Source: Fonticula alba ATCC 38817
Lineage: Eukaryota > Protista > Nucleariida
Reading direction: 5' to 3' (one strand)
NCBI GenBank assembly: GCA_000388065.2
Contig: KB932202.1
Length of the DNA: 64,000 bases
The notes under the pieces were generated by a model, which saw nothing but the letters and a program-made list of their open reading frames with translations, was not told the DNA's origin and made no database searches. The position numbers were made by a program, and so were the translations under genes. Below, piece by piece: positions 27,001 through 38,644 of the stretch. How positions within the stretch are numbered: the first letter of the stretch is position 1; each line of letters begins with the position of its first letter.

Positions 27001-28067
27001 TGGATGACGTTTTGCGCCGGCTGCTTAAGCTGCCGGTTATTCTCTCCTTCAGTCCGTACACCCGGCGGCGTGGCCCGCGTCCCGGAATGGAAGCAGCGGA
27101 GGGTGGCTCGGCGCCGGATTCCCCGGCCGATGCGACTTCGGCTGTGGCCGCCCCCACGACGGCAGAATCCAGCGCGGGTGATGCCCCTGCTGCGAGCACC
27201 ACGACGGCCAGCCCCTTCGAGCGCTATGCTTTGAAGATTATTCTGTCCATGCTTCCGCTGCTTGGTCGGACATGGGTGCACCAGCATATGCGCATCCTGT
27301 CCGGCGTCTTCTACAATGTCCCCATGCGTCTGGGCGTTGAGCGGGTGCTGTTCTGTGCTCCGGCCGGTGGAATCGGCGTGCCGGGACTGAATGACAGCCA
27401 GCGCCGCCAGCTGGACACCCTGGAGCTGGCGCACACCCTGCAAACGTATCTCTACGATTCGGATCCGGATGGCGAGAGGGTGTACGACGAGATGCTGGAC
27501 CTGCCGGACTGGGAGGACGGGACCCCGAGCGCCGATCCGGTGGATGATCCCGACAATCTCAAGTCCCTGGCGGCCCTGTATGCAGCGGCCCTCGAGCGGG
27601 ACTATCTCATCGGGGTGGAGAATGCCGGCATGGGTCACACCCTGACGGCGCATCTTCCGTCGGCGGATGCGGCTGCCGCCGCCATTCCTGGCGGCCCGGC
27701 TGGCCAGGCGGACATGCTGAGCCTGGACGAATTCATGGGCTCCGGCATTGGGACCGGCGAGGAGAGCGTGAACCTGACCGCATCCACAGACTCCTCATTC
27801 CAGCTGGACCGCATGTTGGCCGACATGCCGGACCTGGATGAGGCTGACATGATGGCCTCAATGGCCGCAGGTGGCGGGGACTTGGAACTTTGGCTTGAGC
27901 GTGAGGTCTTCGCTGGTGCCTATTCGGCCGAGTGGGCACAGTTCCTGCACGGGCAGCCGGCCGACGGGGCTGGCGGTGGCCTGGCAGCAATGGCCCTGCG
28001 TCCGGGGATAGATCTTTCGGAGCTTCCGCCAGACCCGCAGCAGGCCGCCTGGAACCGGGTGGTTTGA
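23579..28067 (+). CDS. STRIP1: Striatin-interacting protein STRIP1/2 / Far11 (STRIPAK subunit)
   Basis: FEYFTHMLVKNNGILLVIKFLRQNMGTYITSK, SFRNASTVLVLLRLLQKMTK..ARIALL, and YALKIILSMLPLLGRTWVHQHMRILSGVF match the conserved C-terminal blocks of STRIP/Far11. Multi-exon. Confidence 0.85.
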
Positions 28068-28347
28068 GCCCGGCAGGCATCTCCCTCTTTTCCTCTCTGT
28101 GGTCGCCCTCCCTGCGGTTGCCTTTTTCCCCACCCGCGAGAGAAAAGAAGGGACGCCCCCGATGGAGACAATGTAAACCAATATACGTGACCCCCCTTCC
28201 TCCTCCGCCTTTCCATTATTTATTTATTTTTCTGAGAGCCGCACATGCACGCGTGCGCGTGATGGGGAGCAAGCGTTGCTGCTTTCAGCTTGGGCCACTT
28301 TCCCACCAGGTGTGTCCTGTCATCAGGGGAGAGAGAAGAACAGAATA

Positions 28348-28350
<3 letters not shown>

Positions 28351-28413
<63 letters not shown>
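28351..28413. repeat. Interrupted (GT)n microsatellite between the STRIP and fimbrin 3' ends
   Basis: Two (GT) runs separated by TGA. Confidence 0.95.
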
Positions 28414-28417
<4 letters not shown>

Positions 28418-29437
28418 CTCGTCTGAAGAGCACAAATGTCATCCATCGGCGAGAGGCGCACACAGGGGAAGAGAGGGGGAACACCGGCACAGGAAAGGAA
28501 AGACAAAGAGGGATTTGGGTATATTGAGAAGAGGAAGAGACGGGGCAATGCATGTGACTGAGCACTAAACTTCTAGGGCACAGACAGGCATGCGATCCGG
28601 AAGGCTGGTTTTGGAGAGGGAGAGAGGAGGGAGGTCATCCTCCGCTCCTGCCAGCTCTGTCGCCACAAAATGGGGAGGGGGGAAGGGGAGAGAGAGAGAG
28701 AGAGGGGGGGAGGGAAGAAGGAGGCATGCCGTCGCACAGCAACAAAACACGCCACCCTCCGAGGGTGGAGGCGCGGCTCGCGCGCATGGAAGGACGCGCG
28801 ATGACAGAGGAAGAAAGAGCAAGGAGGAGGGGGATACGACGTCCACAGGGGGATCTTTCCCTCTCCGGACACACAGCCTCCCACATGGCTCCCCTCTCAC
28901 TGGTTGCCCCCCCGGCGCGCAGAGCCGCACACAAAGGAGAAACAGGGAGAAGGGGAGAGGAGGGGAGGAGGGACACCATGGGCCTCATCTTTCCGGACCT
29001 CAGCATTACTCATTCGGATGGGCCGCCTCTCGCGCGTGCGCCTCCTTGAGCGGCATATGCCAAATTAAATGCTCAAAGGCCATGGAGAAAAAGGGCTTTT
29101 TCTCCACCTCGCACACCTCCCCATACACCTTTTTCTCGCACACGCATACACACGCAGACTGAACATGGACATTGAGAGGGGGGGGGACCTGCGCGCGCAC
29201 ACGAGACGAAGGCACGATGACACACAGGAAGGACACTCACAAGTCACGCAGATGATGATATGCATGGGAGGGAGGATACAGCCCCGGCGAAGGGGGAGGG
29301 AGGTGGGGGGAGGGGAGGAGAGGGAGCAAGGAAGATGGGCTCACGCATTGGGAAGCAAAGCGAGGGAGAAGCCGAGGGGAAAGGGGAGAGGAGGAAGGGA
29401 AAGAAGAGGGCAGCGGTGACAGCAGCACACGAGGCGC

Positions 29438-31435
29438 TTAGTTGCTGGGGGTGTAGCCGACCACCATGATGGTAGCGAAGACGGTCATGACCATCTTCTG
29501 CTTGACCTCGACCAGGTCCTCGGGGAGGGCGAAGACGGTGGCACCAATCTTGCGGGCCATGGAGACGGCGTACTTGGCGTTCTTCATCTTGTCGGCCAGA
29601 GAAACCGGGTTGGAGATGACCAGGTTGTACTGGATGGACTGGGGCTTGATGGCGTCGACCAGGTCGATGACCACCAGCGAAGAGCTGATGGACGAGTCGC
29701 GGAAGGAGTCCAGCTTGGTGGTCTTGCCAGCGGCAGCCAGGGTCTGGTTGACCCACTGGATGATCTCCTTGTCCTGGATGAGGCCCTGACCACCGGCCAG
29801 CTGGTTGAGGATGGTCAGAGTGTGGGCGCGCATCATCTGCCAGACAACGGCCAGAGAGAGGGTCTTGTTGCCGTCGAAGATGTCCTTGCCACCGATGCCG
29901 ACAACGGACATGTTGGTCTGCTTGGCCAGGTCCACGGCGTAGTTGCAGTTCTCGAGCTTCTTCATGTTGCCACCGATCTTGGAGAAGGGGGGCTGGTTGA
30001 CCTTGTCCCAGTGAACAATGCCGGGGCGGATCTTGTCGAACAGCTGGATGAGGACAAGGCCGTCGCGCAGGTCCTGGTACAGGTTGTTGACGAAGGGCTC
30101 GACACCGAGGGAGTTCATCCAGTTGCGGTAGGTCTTCTCCTCGCGGGTCTCCTCGATGACCTCGATCTCGACGGCCTCCAGGGCGGGGAACATGTTGAAG
30201 AGGTTGGCGACGAAGGCCAGGTTGAGCTTCTGGTTGCCCTTGGCCACGTCGTTGGCGCGGACGAACTTGCGGCAGCCGATCTTGTCGGCCTGCTCGAGCA
30301 TGCGCTCGGCACGAGTCGGGTCACCAGACAGGCCGAGGGCCGACTTGTCCACACCGGAGCCCGGGGGGGCAATCTGGTTCAGGAGGATGGTGTAGTTCTC
30401 GGAGTCCTTGATGTCATGACCGAAGTTGCCCACACGGCGGGGGTGGTTGGCGGCAGCCAGGTGGTAGTTGAACCAGCGCAGGAGCAGCTGCTCGGCCGGC
30501 AGGGCCATCAGGTCCTCGAGGGTCTCATCGCCCTCAAGCAGGCGAGCCAGACCCGGGACATTGGTCAGGTTGATGCGGGCAAAGAGGCCGATACGAATGA
30601 TCTGCCAGATCAGACCCAGGAGCAGGTGAGGAGTGGCAGCCTTGATGTCGGACGGGCCGATGTTGACGACATTGCAACCAATGGCCCGGGCGGAGTTGAG
30701 CATGAGAGTCAGGTTCTCGGCAATCTGCACCGGGTGAGTGGCCTTCTTGTTGATGGCGCGCTCGTCAATGGTCTCGGGGACGGCGTCGTTGATGAGCTTC
30801 ATCAGGATGATACCGTCGGTGCACTTGTTGAAGAGGTCCAGGCCGGCATCGCGGACGGGCATGTACTTGTTGCACTCGGCATTCTCGCCAAGAACATAGT
30901 TGATCCAGTCCACGAAAGCGACCTTCTCCTCATCGGAGTAGGAGTGAGTGGTACCGTCGGCCGAGGCGGACGAGGTACCCTCATGGACGTTCAGGTTGCC
31001 GACACGGCTGACAACGGTGCTGAAGCCGGTCTCACGGCCCTGGCGCAGCTGGTCAAGCATCTGGAGAGGGGAGCAGGGGGAAAGAACCGCAGGGGTCACG
31101 GGAGGTTAGAAAGGGGCTGCAGGACGGGGGCGAGAGAGAGAGAGAGAGGGAGAGAGACGGGGGGGGCGGGAAGAGCACAATGACAGCACAGGGATGTGAC
31201 CGCCGGCACGCACGGTCAGGAACTCGAGCCAGTCGATGACGCCATCGCGGTTGAGGTCGGCCTGCTCGATCATCTCGCGGACGCGGTAGCCCGGGACGTC
31301 CTTCTCGCCGCAAGCGATGAGGACATCACGGAGCTCCTTGTGGTCGATGGAACCGTTGCCGTCGGCGTCGAACTTGGCGAACATGGCGCGGTAGTCGGCC
31401 AGGTCCTCGGCATTGAACTTGGACTCAATGGACAT
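29438..31435 (-). CDS. FIM1: Fimbrin/plastin (2 EF-hands + 4 calponin-homology domains)
   Basis: Exons 31435-31214 and 31060-29438. EF loops DADGNGSIDHKEL and DLNRDGVIDWLEF; ABD motifs YSDEEKVAFVDWIN, LLLRWFNYHL, ETREEKTYRNWMNSLGV, ARKIGATVFALPEDLVEV. Strong C/G-ending codon bias suggests high expression. Confidence 0.98.
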
Positions 31436-34037
31436 GGTTGCTGGGGGGGAGAGAGAGAATCGGGCTGCGGTGGAGCAGACACTGTTGCGGGTTGACGTAA
31501 AGAAAAGGAGGTTAGAAAGGGAGCGGAGAGGGGGGAGGGAGAAAGAAAGGCAAAGAGGGAGGGGCAGGCGCACCGAAAGGCACAGGAGTGGAGGGGGAAG
31601 AGGGGAGAAAAGTAACGACGTGGAGAGAGGCACGAAGTCGAAGGAAGTGAAGCAGGGAAGCGTCACAACCAGTCAGAAAAGGTGCGCAAAAAACACGGCG
31701 AACTGTGAAGTCCCGCTCCGGGGATCCACGGACACCGAGGCGCCCCTTATGGCTCCGCCCGGCAGTCCCCCCCCCCCCCACTACCACCACCCCCACCTCA
31801 CCCCATGTCTACCCCAGCCCGCCTCCGGCCCCTTCCTACGCACACACACACACACACACACACACACCGGAGTGTCGAGACGCTGCGCGGCACGTTGATA
31901 CAACGGGAACATGCCCCAGGAAGTGAGGACAGATGGTCACCCACCCATTCGCGCCCTCACCTGCCCAAACCCACCAACACACGCCCACACGCGGGGGGGA
32001 AGAGCGCAAAGGAGTGCCTCCCCGCCCACACCCGCAGGGAGCAGAGGCTCACAGGAGGCAGGTTAGACCAAGGTATCCCCGGCTCGGAGCCGAACGAGGG
32101 CATTCCCAAGGCCTTGGGGACCAGACTTGGGAACCAGCCAGAGACAAACGTCCGCCAGGGGGACACAGGTGAGGGGCTGCACACCGGAGGCGCAGGACCC
32201 GGCAGCAGCCTCCCCTCCCCCAACCAGGCCTGGAGCCGCACGCACCGTACACTTGCACGCCCAAACATGCACACGCAGAATGGAGTTCCCCTCCCTCGCC
32301 CCCCCCCCCCGCCTGCTTGGCCGCCGGCCTCCGGCCTGGGGCACGCCCCGACCCAGGACGTTCACGCGCAGTCGCAACGCCCCCCCCCCCCGTGAGAGAG
32401 GGCAACGACATGGTCGGCTCCTCCGCTCGCCCCCCTCTGGTCTCGCCCCGCGCGGGGTCAACAACCGCGCCTCAGGCGGCGAGGGCCCTGGGAAGGTGCA
32501 CCGAAAGGCCGGCACACAGACTGGCGCATCATTGAACAGCGCGAGCATTGTTTCAGTGGTCGCAGCCCGGAGCCGCCTCCCCCGGTCTAGAAGCCAATGC
32601 CGCGGGGCTGGGCGTTGTCGCGGCGGGCTCTCGTCCCCAGCCGCCCCTTTTGGCGGGGCTGGGCGCCGGCGCGCCGGGAGGCCAGAAGCCGGTAGCCCAA
32701 GCCCTGGTCCCCCCCGGCCTCTAGAGACCACCCCGGGCAAGGGGCCAGCATATATCGGTGGGCAGATGCTAGTCCTTTCTCCGCGGGAAGGTGTAAAAGA
32801 GGATCGGCTCCGGGTGTGGGCACGCCGGCATTCGTGCCGGGTGTGCGATGCGAACACCGCTCGTCAGTCTCCGAGGGGGGAGATTTAGACAGAGAGAGAG
32901 AGAGAGAGAGAGAAAAAAAAACAGGACCAAGTGCCCCAACGGCCTGCCCACCGGCTTGTGTCCCTCCTCGGGTATGTGCCGAGGACCGTCGCAAGGAATG
33001 AGCAGGCAAATAACAGGCGCATACCGGGGACGCGCTTAGCCCCGGGGGGCGGGGGCGAGGGAGGGAACGAGGGCAGCCCGCCCCGGATCCCCAGGGGGGT
33101 GGGGGGGGCAAGGGGAGGGGGGGGGGCGGGGGCGCTCAACTCGCCCACGCATCGCCACACAAACTCGCGACAAGGCCGCGCGAGCGGGAGGCTTTTTGGA
33201 GCGTCAAATACCGCGACGAGACGAGCGCCAAGTGACGCATACTTGAGCTCACAACCTTTGCGCACCACCGGGACGTGATGGGGGGGAGTGGGGGGGGGGG
33301 GGGCGGGGGGGCGCGCAGCGTCCTTGCAGGCGGAGGGCGGGAGGGCGGAGGAGCCGGGGCACCAGCGCATTAACCCAGTTCGGCGGCCAGGGCCTCCGTG
33401 GCCACAATAGCGAGAGAGAGAGAGAGAGAGAGCGCGCCACACACCCCATTTCCAGGCTGGGGGGCCCTTGCTCGGGTGTGGATGGACGGGGACCGCGCGC
33501 CAAGCGCGAGAGCATGTAATAACATCACAAGATGCCATTGATGCGCCTCCTCGCAGGCCGTGTGGGGCCCGCCCAGCGGGAACTGGGCGCACACACGGAC
33601 GGCGCCGATACGGACGCGCCGGCGGCTGGCACCCCAAGAAGGGGGGCAAGGACGCGAGACTTGACACACCCGTACGAGGCTGGAACTTGGACAGAGGGAC
33701 GCCGATAACCGGCACCGGCGGAGCCCCCCGGCCGGACACGGGCGGAGAACGTTTGCGCCGCACAGTTCGCCATCCGGAGGCCCCCCCCCCCGCACCCCGG
33801 CCGCCGGCTGCAGGGGGAGGGAGGGGGAGAAGGCCCGAGCACAATAACCGACGAGCATTCCAGGACACATTGCACTGGCCTCCCCGCCGTGCAGGGGGGG
33901 TGCACCCTCGGTCCGGGGAGTATGCGTGTCTGGGGGACATCCTTGGTCTCCTTTTCTTTAATGCCGGGGATGAGTCGAATTTAATATTCAGCAAATATAA
34001 ATGCTCATGCAACGGGGTTCCCCAGCTCAGACGTGCT

Positions 34038-34064
34038 TGCGTGCGTGCGTGCGTGCGTGCGTGC
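34038..34064. repeat. (GCGT)n tetranucleotide repeat
   Basis: ttgcgtgcgtgcgtgcgtgcgtgcgtgcgc in intergenic DNA. Confidence 0.9.
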
Positions 34065-35539
34065 GCCAAAAGGCATACAGCTGCACACGGCCGGATGCGG
34101 GGCTGGGCTGGAGTGGTGGCGGCGGGGCCGGCGCAGGAGGAAGGGGCATATGAGAGGGGCGTGTTCGCCACCGGCTCCGGATCCCCCCGCCCACCCTCCG
34201 CCCTCTCCGGAGGGCTGCCTGGCGACCGGCCCTTCCTCTTTGAAGGGCGGTTGTCGCGCCGGTGCCGTGCACCTCTCCCCAGGGTTCCGTTGGAAGGTCG
34301 GTGCTGTCTCCTGGCTCTTTTTCGCTCCTCCCGCCGGGCGCCGTGACACGCGGAAGCCGGAGCAAGACGACGGGGGGGGGGCGGGGGGCGACACGAGGAG
34401 ACAACTCGGCCCGGGGATGCCCCGAAGGTCCGGGATGAAACAGCGCGCTCAAACCCACTTTTGCGCGCTCGAGAGGCGTCCCCCCGATCCCCTTCCCGCC
34501 CTCGGCCCTGCGCATTTTGACAATAGCATACCCCCGCGAACGAACAGACCGGCGCCCCCTGGAGGCGGGAGGGCCGCCCGCCCCCGGGCTCCCACCAAAG
34601 GTGCCGCCCCCCGCCCCGCCCCCTTCGCCTCAGACACAACAGGCACATCCAACCGAAGGGGCAGGCCCAGGCTTCCCCGGCCCGCACAGTACGCAAGGCA
34701 CGGAGCTCACATACTTCGCAAGGAGTGGGCAGAGGCAGAGCAGCCCCGCCGAAACCATGCTCCGTCGGGGGGCCGTCCGCTCCGCGGAGTCAGTTTGGCT
34801 ATGCTTCCCTGCCCTGGGGCCATCTGTCCACGCCCATCCAGGGGCCTGGAGCCGGGTGCACCTGGGAGCCGCCTGCTGGCCGACATGCTCGCCCCGGTCT
34901 CGCCCCGCGCCCCCCTCTGGCGCGTTCAGTTGCCAACACAAACTCGGCCCCCGCCCCCCCCCCCCCCCTCCGTGTGGCAAGGCGGTTGGTCCCTAAAAAT
35001 GGGCGCGCTTTCCAGGGGCGCCTGTTCAAGGGAGCCACCACCGGAGTCGATGATTGGTTGCATGAAAATAAATCCTGGCGCGCCACCCCGCCCCCAGGTC
35101 CCAGGCCGTGTTCTCCCCTCGCCCGCCCCCCCCNNNNNNNNNNNNNNNNNNNNNNNNNNNNNNNNNNNCCCCCCCGGCCCTGGCAAGGGCCTTCGGCGTT
35201 TGTGCCCCCTTTTCTTCATCATTTTGTCGGTGCGTGTGTGCGTGCGGGGCCCAGACGGGGAGATGCAGGACAGGGGACGTCGTGGTGGCCGCTCAGAGAG
35301 GAGGAGGGGGGGGGGGGGGGTATACAGGCGTTAGGAGCTCATTTCCCGGGCAGCCCCTCGACGGCGGTCCTTTCGAAGGGAGGGTCATTCCGGGCACCCC
35401 TCAACAAACCCCCCCCCCACCCAGGCTCGCGGTCTTTCGATTAATATGGCGTTTATTCCGGGCATGTGTCCCCGGTGCGTGCGGACGTGCAGGAGCGCGC
35501 CACGCAAAGGGCCGAATCACAAGGCCGACCACGTGAATA

Positions 35540-38500
35540 TCAGAACCGGATCTTCTGGATGAGGGCGCCGTTCTGGTCGACCTGCAGCGCCGGGTCCAGT
35601 ACGCTCCGGCTGAAGTAGTCCGCGATAACGGAGAATCCATCATTGGCGCTCTCGAGCTGGATCATCGCCAGGCAATCGCAGGGCATCGGGAAAAAAAAGA
35701 AAGAAGAAAAAGGACCCGGACGGACGAGGCAAACGCAGGAAAAAGGTGTCAGCATCACCGGAAGAAGGGGAAGGGGGAAGCGCGAACACAAGGCGCCCAG
35801 CCAAGGGGAGGAAAGAAAAGGAGGAAGACCGAAAGGGCAGCAGCAGCAGCAGCCCCCCCCCCCCAGCTGCAAGAAAAGACAAACAGAGTCTGCCGCCAGG
35901 AAGCAAACACCCGGGAGCACAGCAGCCGCGCCAAGCACACTGGCACACATACCTGCTTGGTGAATTGCTCATGGCGCTGGGCACTGGACTCATGTGCATG
36001 GCGCAGGTCGAAGGCCGCACGATTGTCGGTCATACACAGCAGGCACTCCAGGTTGTTGGGCGAGCCCGGGACATACACCAGCCCGGACTGCCCGGCGCCA
36101 GCCCCAAAGTGGAAGTCCTGCCCGATGGCCCCCTCCACCTCACCAAGGCACCGCAGGTGGAAGGCATGGCCACAGTAGAAGTGCGCCGCCGGGAGCTCCA
36201 GCGGCAGGGTGCAGGCACCGCACTTCTGCTGCAGACACATGCGCGGCTCACTGCGGAGCTTGTTCACCTCCGTTCGCATGGCCTCGGTGGCGTGCTCGTG
36301 CTCGGCGATGGTGGCCCGATCCGCGTCGGCGGCCGACCGCTCCTCCAGCAGGACCTTCTGCAGGTAGGCCCGAACGGCTCCGAGCGACACGGCCGGCTGC
36401 CGGGGAGCATTGCTCCCGCCACCGGTCGTGGTTGGCAGATGGATCGGCGAGGTCAGCAGGCGGACCACCTCCAGCGGGGGAAGGAGGTTGTGCTTGGAGA
36501 TGACTAGCCATGCACAGGGGTACGCGCGCGTCAGAGGAACGAGCAGCAGGACGAAAAAAAAAGTGGGGAGAGAGAGAGGGAGAAGGGACGGAGACAAAAG
36601 CATTAGTATGTGTGTGTGTGTGTGTGATCAATCATAAGGCCCCCCCCCGGGGAAATACCCGGAGGCAAGCTTTCCCCAGATGGACGCCCTTGATGAAAGG
36701 CCATCCCCCCCCCCCGCTCCCGCTCCCCCGCTCCCCCGCTCCCCCGCTCCCCTCCATACGCACTCTGCAGAATGTGGGTCACCTCTGCCTCGCAGGCAGG
36801 CCCCTGCGCCGCGAAGTAGCTCAGCACCTGCGACCAAAGATTGACATCTGTGTCGCTCGGGTGTGCCCCATAGCTGCTCAGGACGCTGCCGGTGCTTGTG
36901 ACCGCCGCCAAGACTGCCTGGTGGTCGCCCCGGGCCATGTGATGCTGGATGATCTCTCGCCGGAGGCCAAGGCGCTCATACAGGCAGAGAGCGCCGGCCG
37001 CGAAATCATACGTCCGCACCAGGACCAGCGCATGATCCACATCATACCGGGACCGTGGGTCGCGCAGCAGCCCGAGTGCCTTCTCCTGATCCTGCTTCAT
37101 GTGGGCCTCGCGTTCCTGTCGTCCGGGGCGGCAAGTCAAATAGCCCGTGTGTTTAGTATGCGCGTGTGAGAGATCGCCGGATGGATGGACACAGTGGAAA
37201 TGGATGTATATATATATATAAATATATATGTGTGTGTGTGCGGGGAAGACGCGCGCATCACGTACCTCGGGCGAAAGATCACTATACTCGGGCGAGTCGC
37301 GCTGGGGACGATGGAAAGATGCACTGGTTATGGGATGCCTGGTGAAGGGTGCACACCGAAAAATGGGGGAAAAAAAAGAGAAGTTATCTGGAGACCGGCC
37401 AATGACGCACCTTATCCTTCAGCAGGAGCTCCAAATAGGTGTGATACACCTCGTGGCCAACTTCCACCTCGGCAAAGGTCTCGGACTTGGAGGCCTCGAT
37501 CATCTTCGACAGGAACTCCATCAACTGCGCCGGATTATCGACAAATACATGAAGCAGATCCGCGGGGCAAACCTTCGGCACAGCCACCGGCACCGGGGCA
37601 CCACCAGGACGCTGGGTGCCGATCGGAGTCGGGTTGCTCAGCTTTGTCAACGACACAATCGGGGGCAGATCATCGTCATCATCGTCGCCAACTGGCACCG
37701 GGACCGGACGCGGCACGACGACCGGATCCTGCGACTGCGGCACAGGCAGAGCCGGGGCGGCGGCCACAGGCTCCGGGTCCTTTTGTCCGGGCGCCGGCGT
37801 GCCGGCGCTCCCATATGACCGCGTGCGATTCTTGGACCGATGGCGCGAGGAGAATTCCTCCTCATCCGGAAGCGGCGTTGGCTTATAATCCAAGCAAAGT
37901 CGGATCAGAAGGTTGGTTGCCGCCTGCGGGGCGTTCTGCAGGAGTGGCTTACCATACAGCTGCACCATGTACAGGGCCTGGGGGAGGGGGGGGGGCCGAA
38001 TGAAGATGGACAGGCGCAAGTGTGAGAAGGAGGAAAGCCCCGCAGAAGAGGGCGCACAAAAGCGGGGGAGCCTAGCGCACCTCCTCGATGTCAAGCGATC
38101 CAATGTAGGCAATGGCCGCCGTGTAGTCAGCCAAATCATCCAGCTGAATGCGCAGGTAGCTGGTGTGATGCTTCGCCACGCGAGCCAAATGCAGGGCATG
38201 CGAGTAGTGCCGCGCCTGGCGACACACGCTGATCGCCGTGTCAACATCGAAGTTGGCATGGTCGGTCTAGTCCAGACAGGAGGAAGAGCCGGGAGAGGTA
38301 AGTGATTGAAAGGAGAAGAGAGGGGGAGGGGAGGGGGAGCAGGACAAAATAGGCGAAGGATACACACCATCAAAAAGGCATCAAGTCGGGCACGCCGGGC
38401 CTCGTCAGTATCGCGACCGGTTCCAGACAGAGCATCGTCATCCAGCTTGGTGTAGCAATGCAGCAGCAGGGCAGTGTGATTGGACGTGGCGATCCCCTGC

Positions 38501-38613
38501 TCGTGTAGGGCCTGCAGGTACTGCGCCAGGTGGTTGGTCTGTTGGGCATCCAGGAACTACATGGTGAAATGTGGGGAGATGTCAGTCATATACGCCAGCG
38601 GCGAGAGAGCTGT

Positions 38614-38644
<31 letters not shown>

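Noticed and set aside
29822-31183. 453-aa antisense ORF opposite fimbrin, and similar long shadow ORFs opposite other genes
   Set aside because: Explained by strong C/G third-position codon bias and high GC; no recognisable domain.
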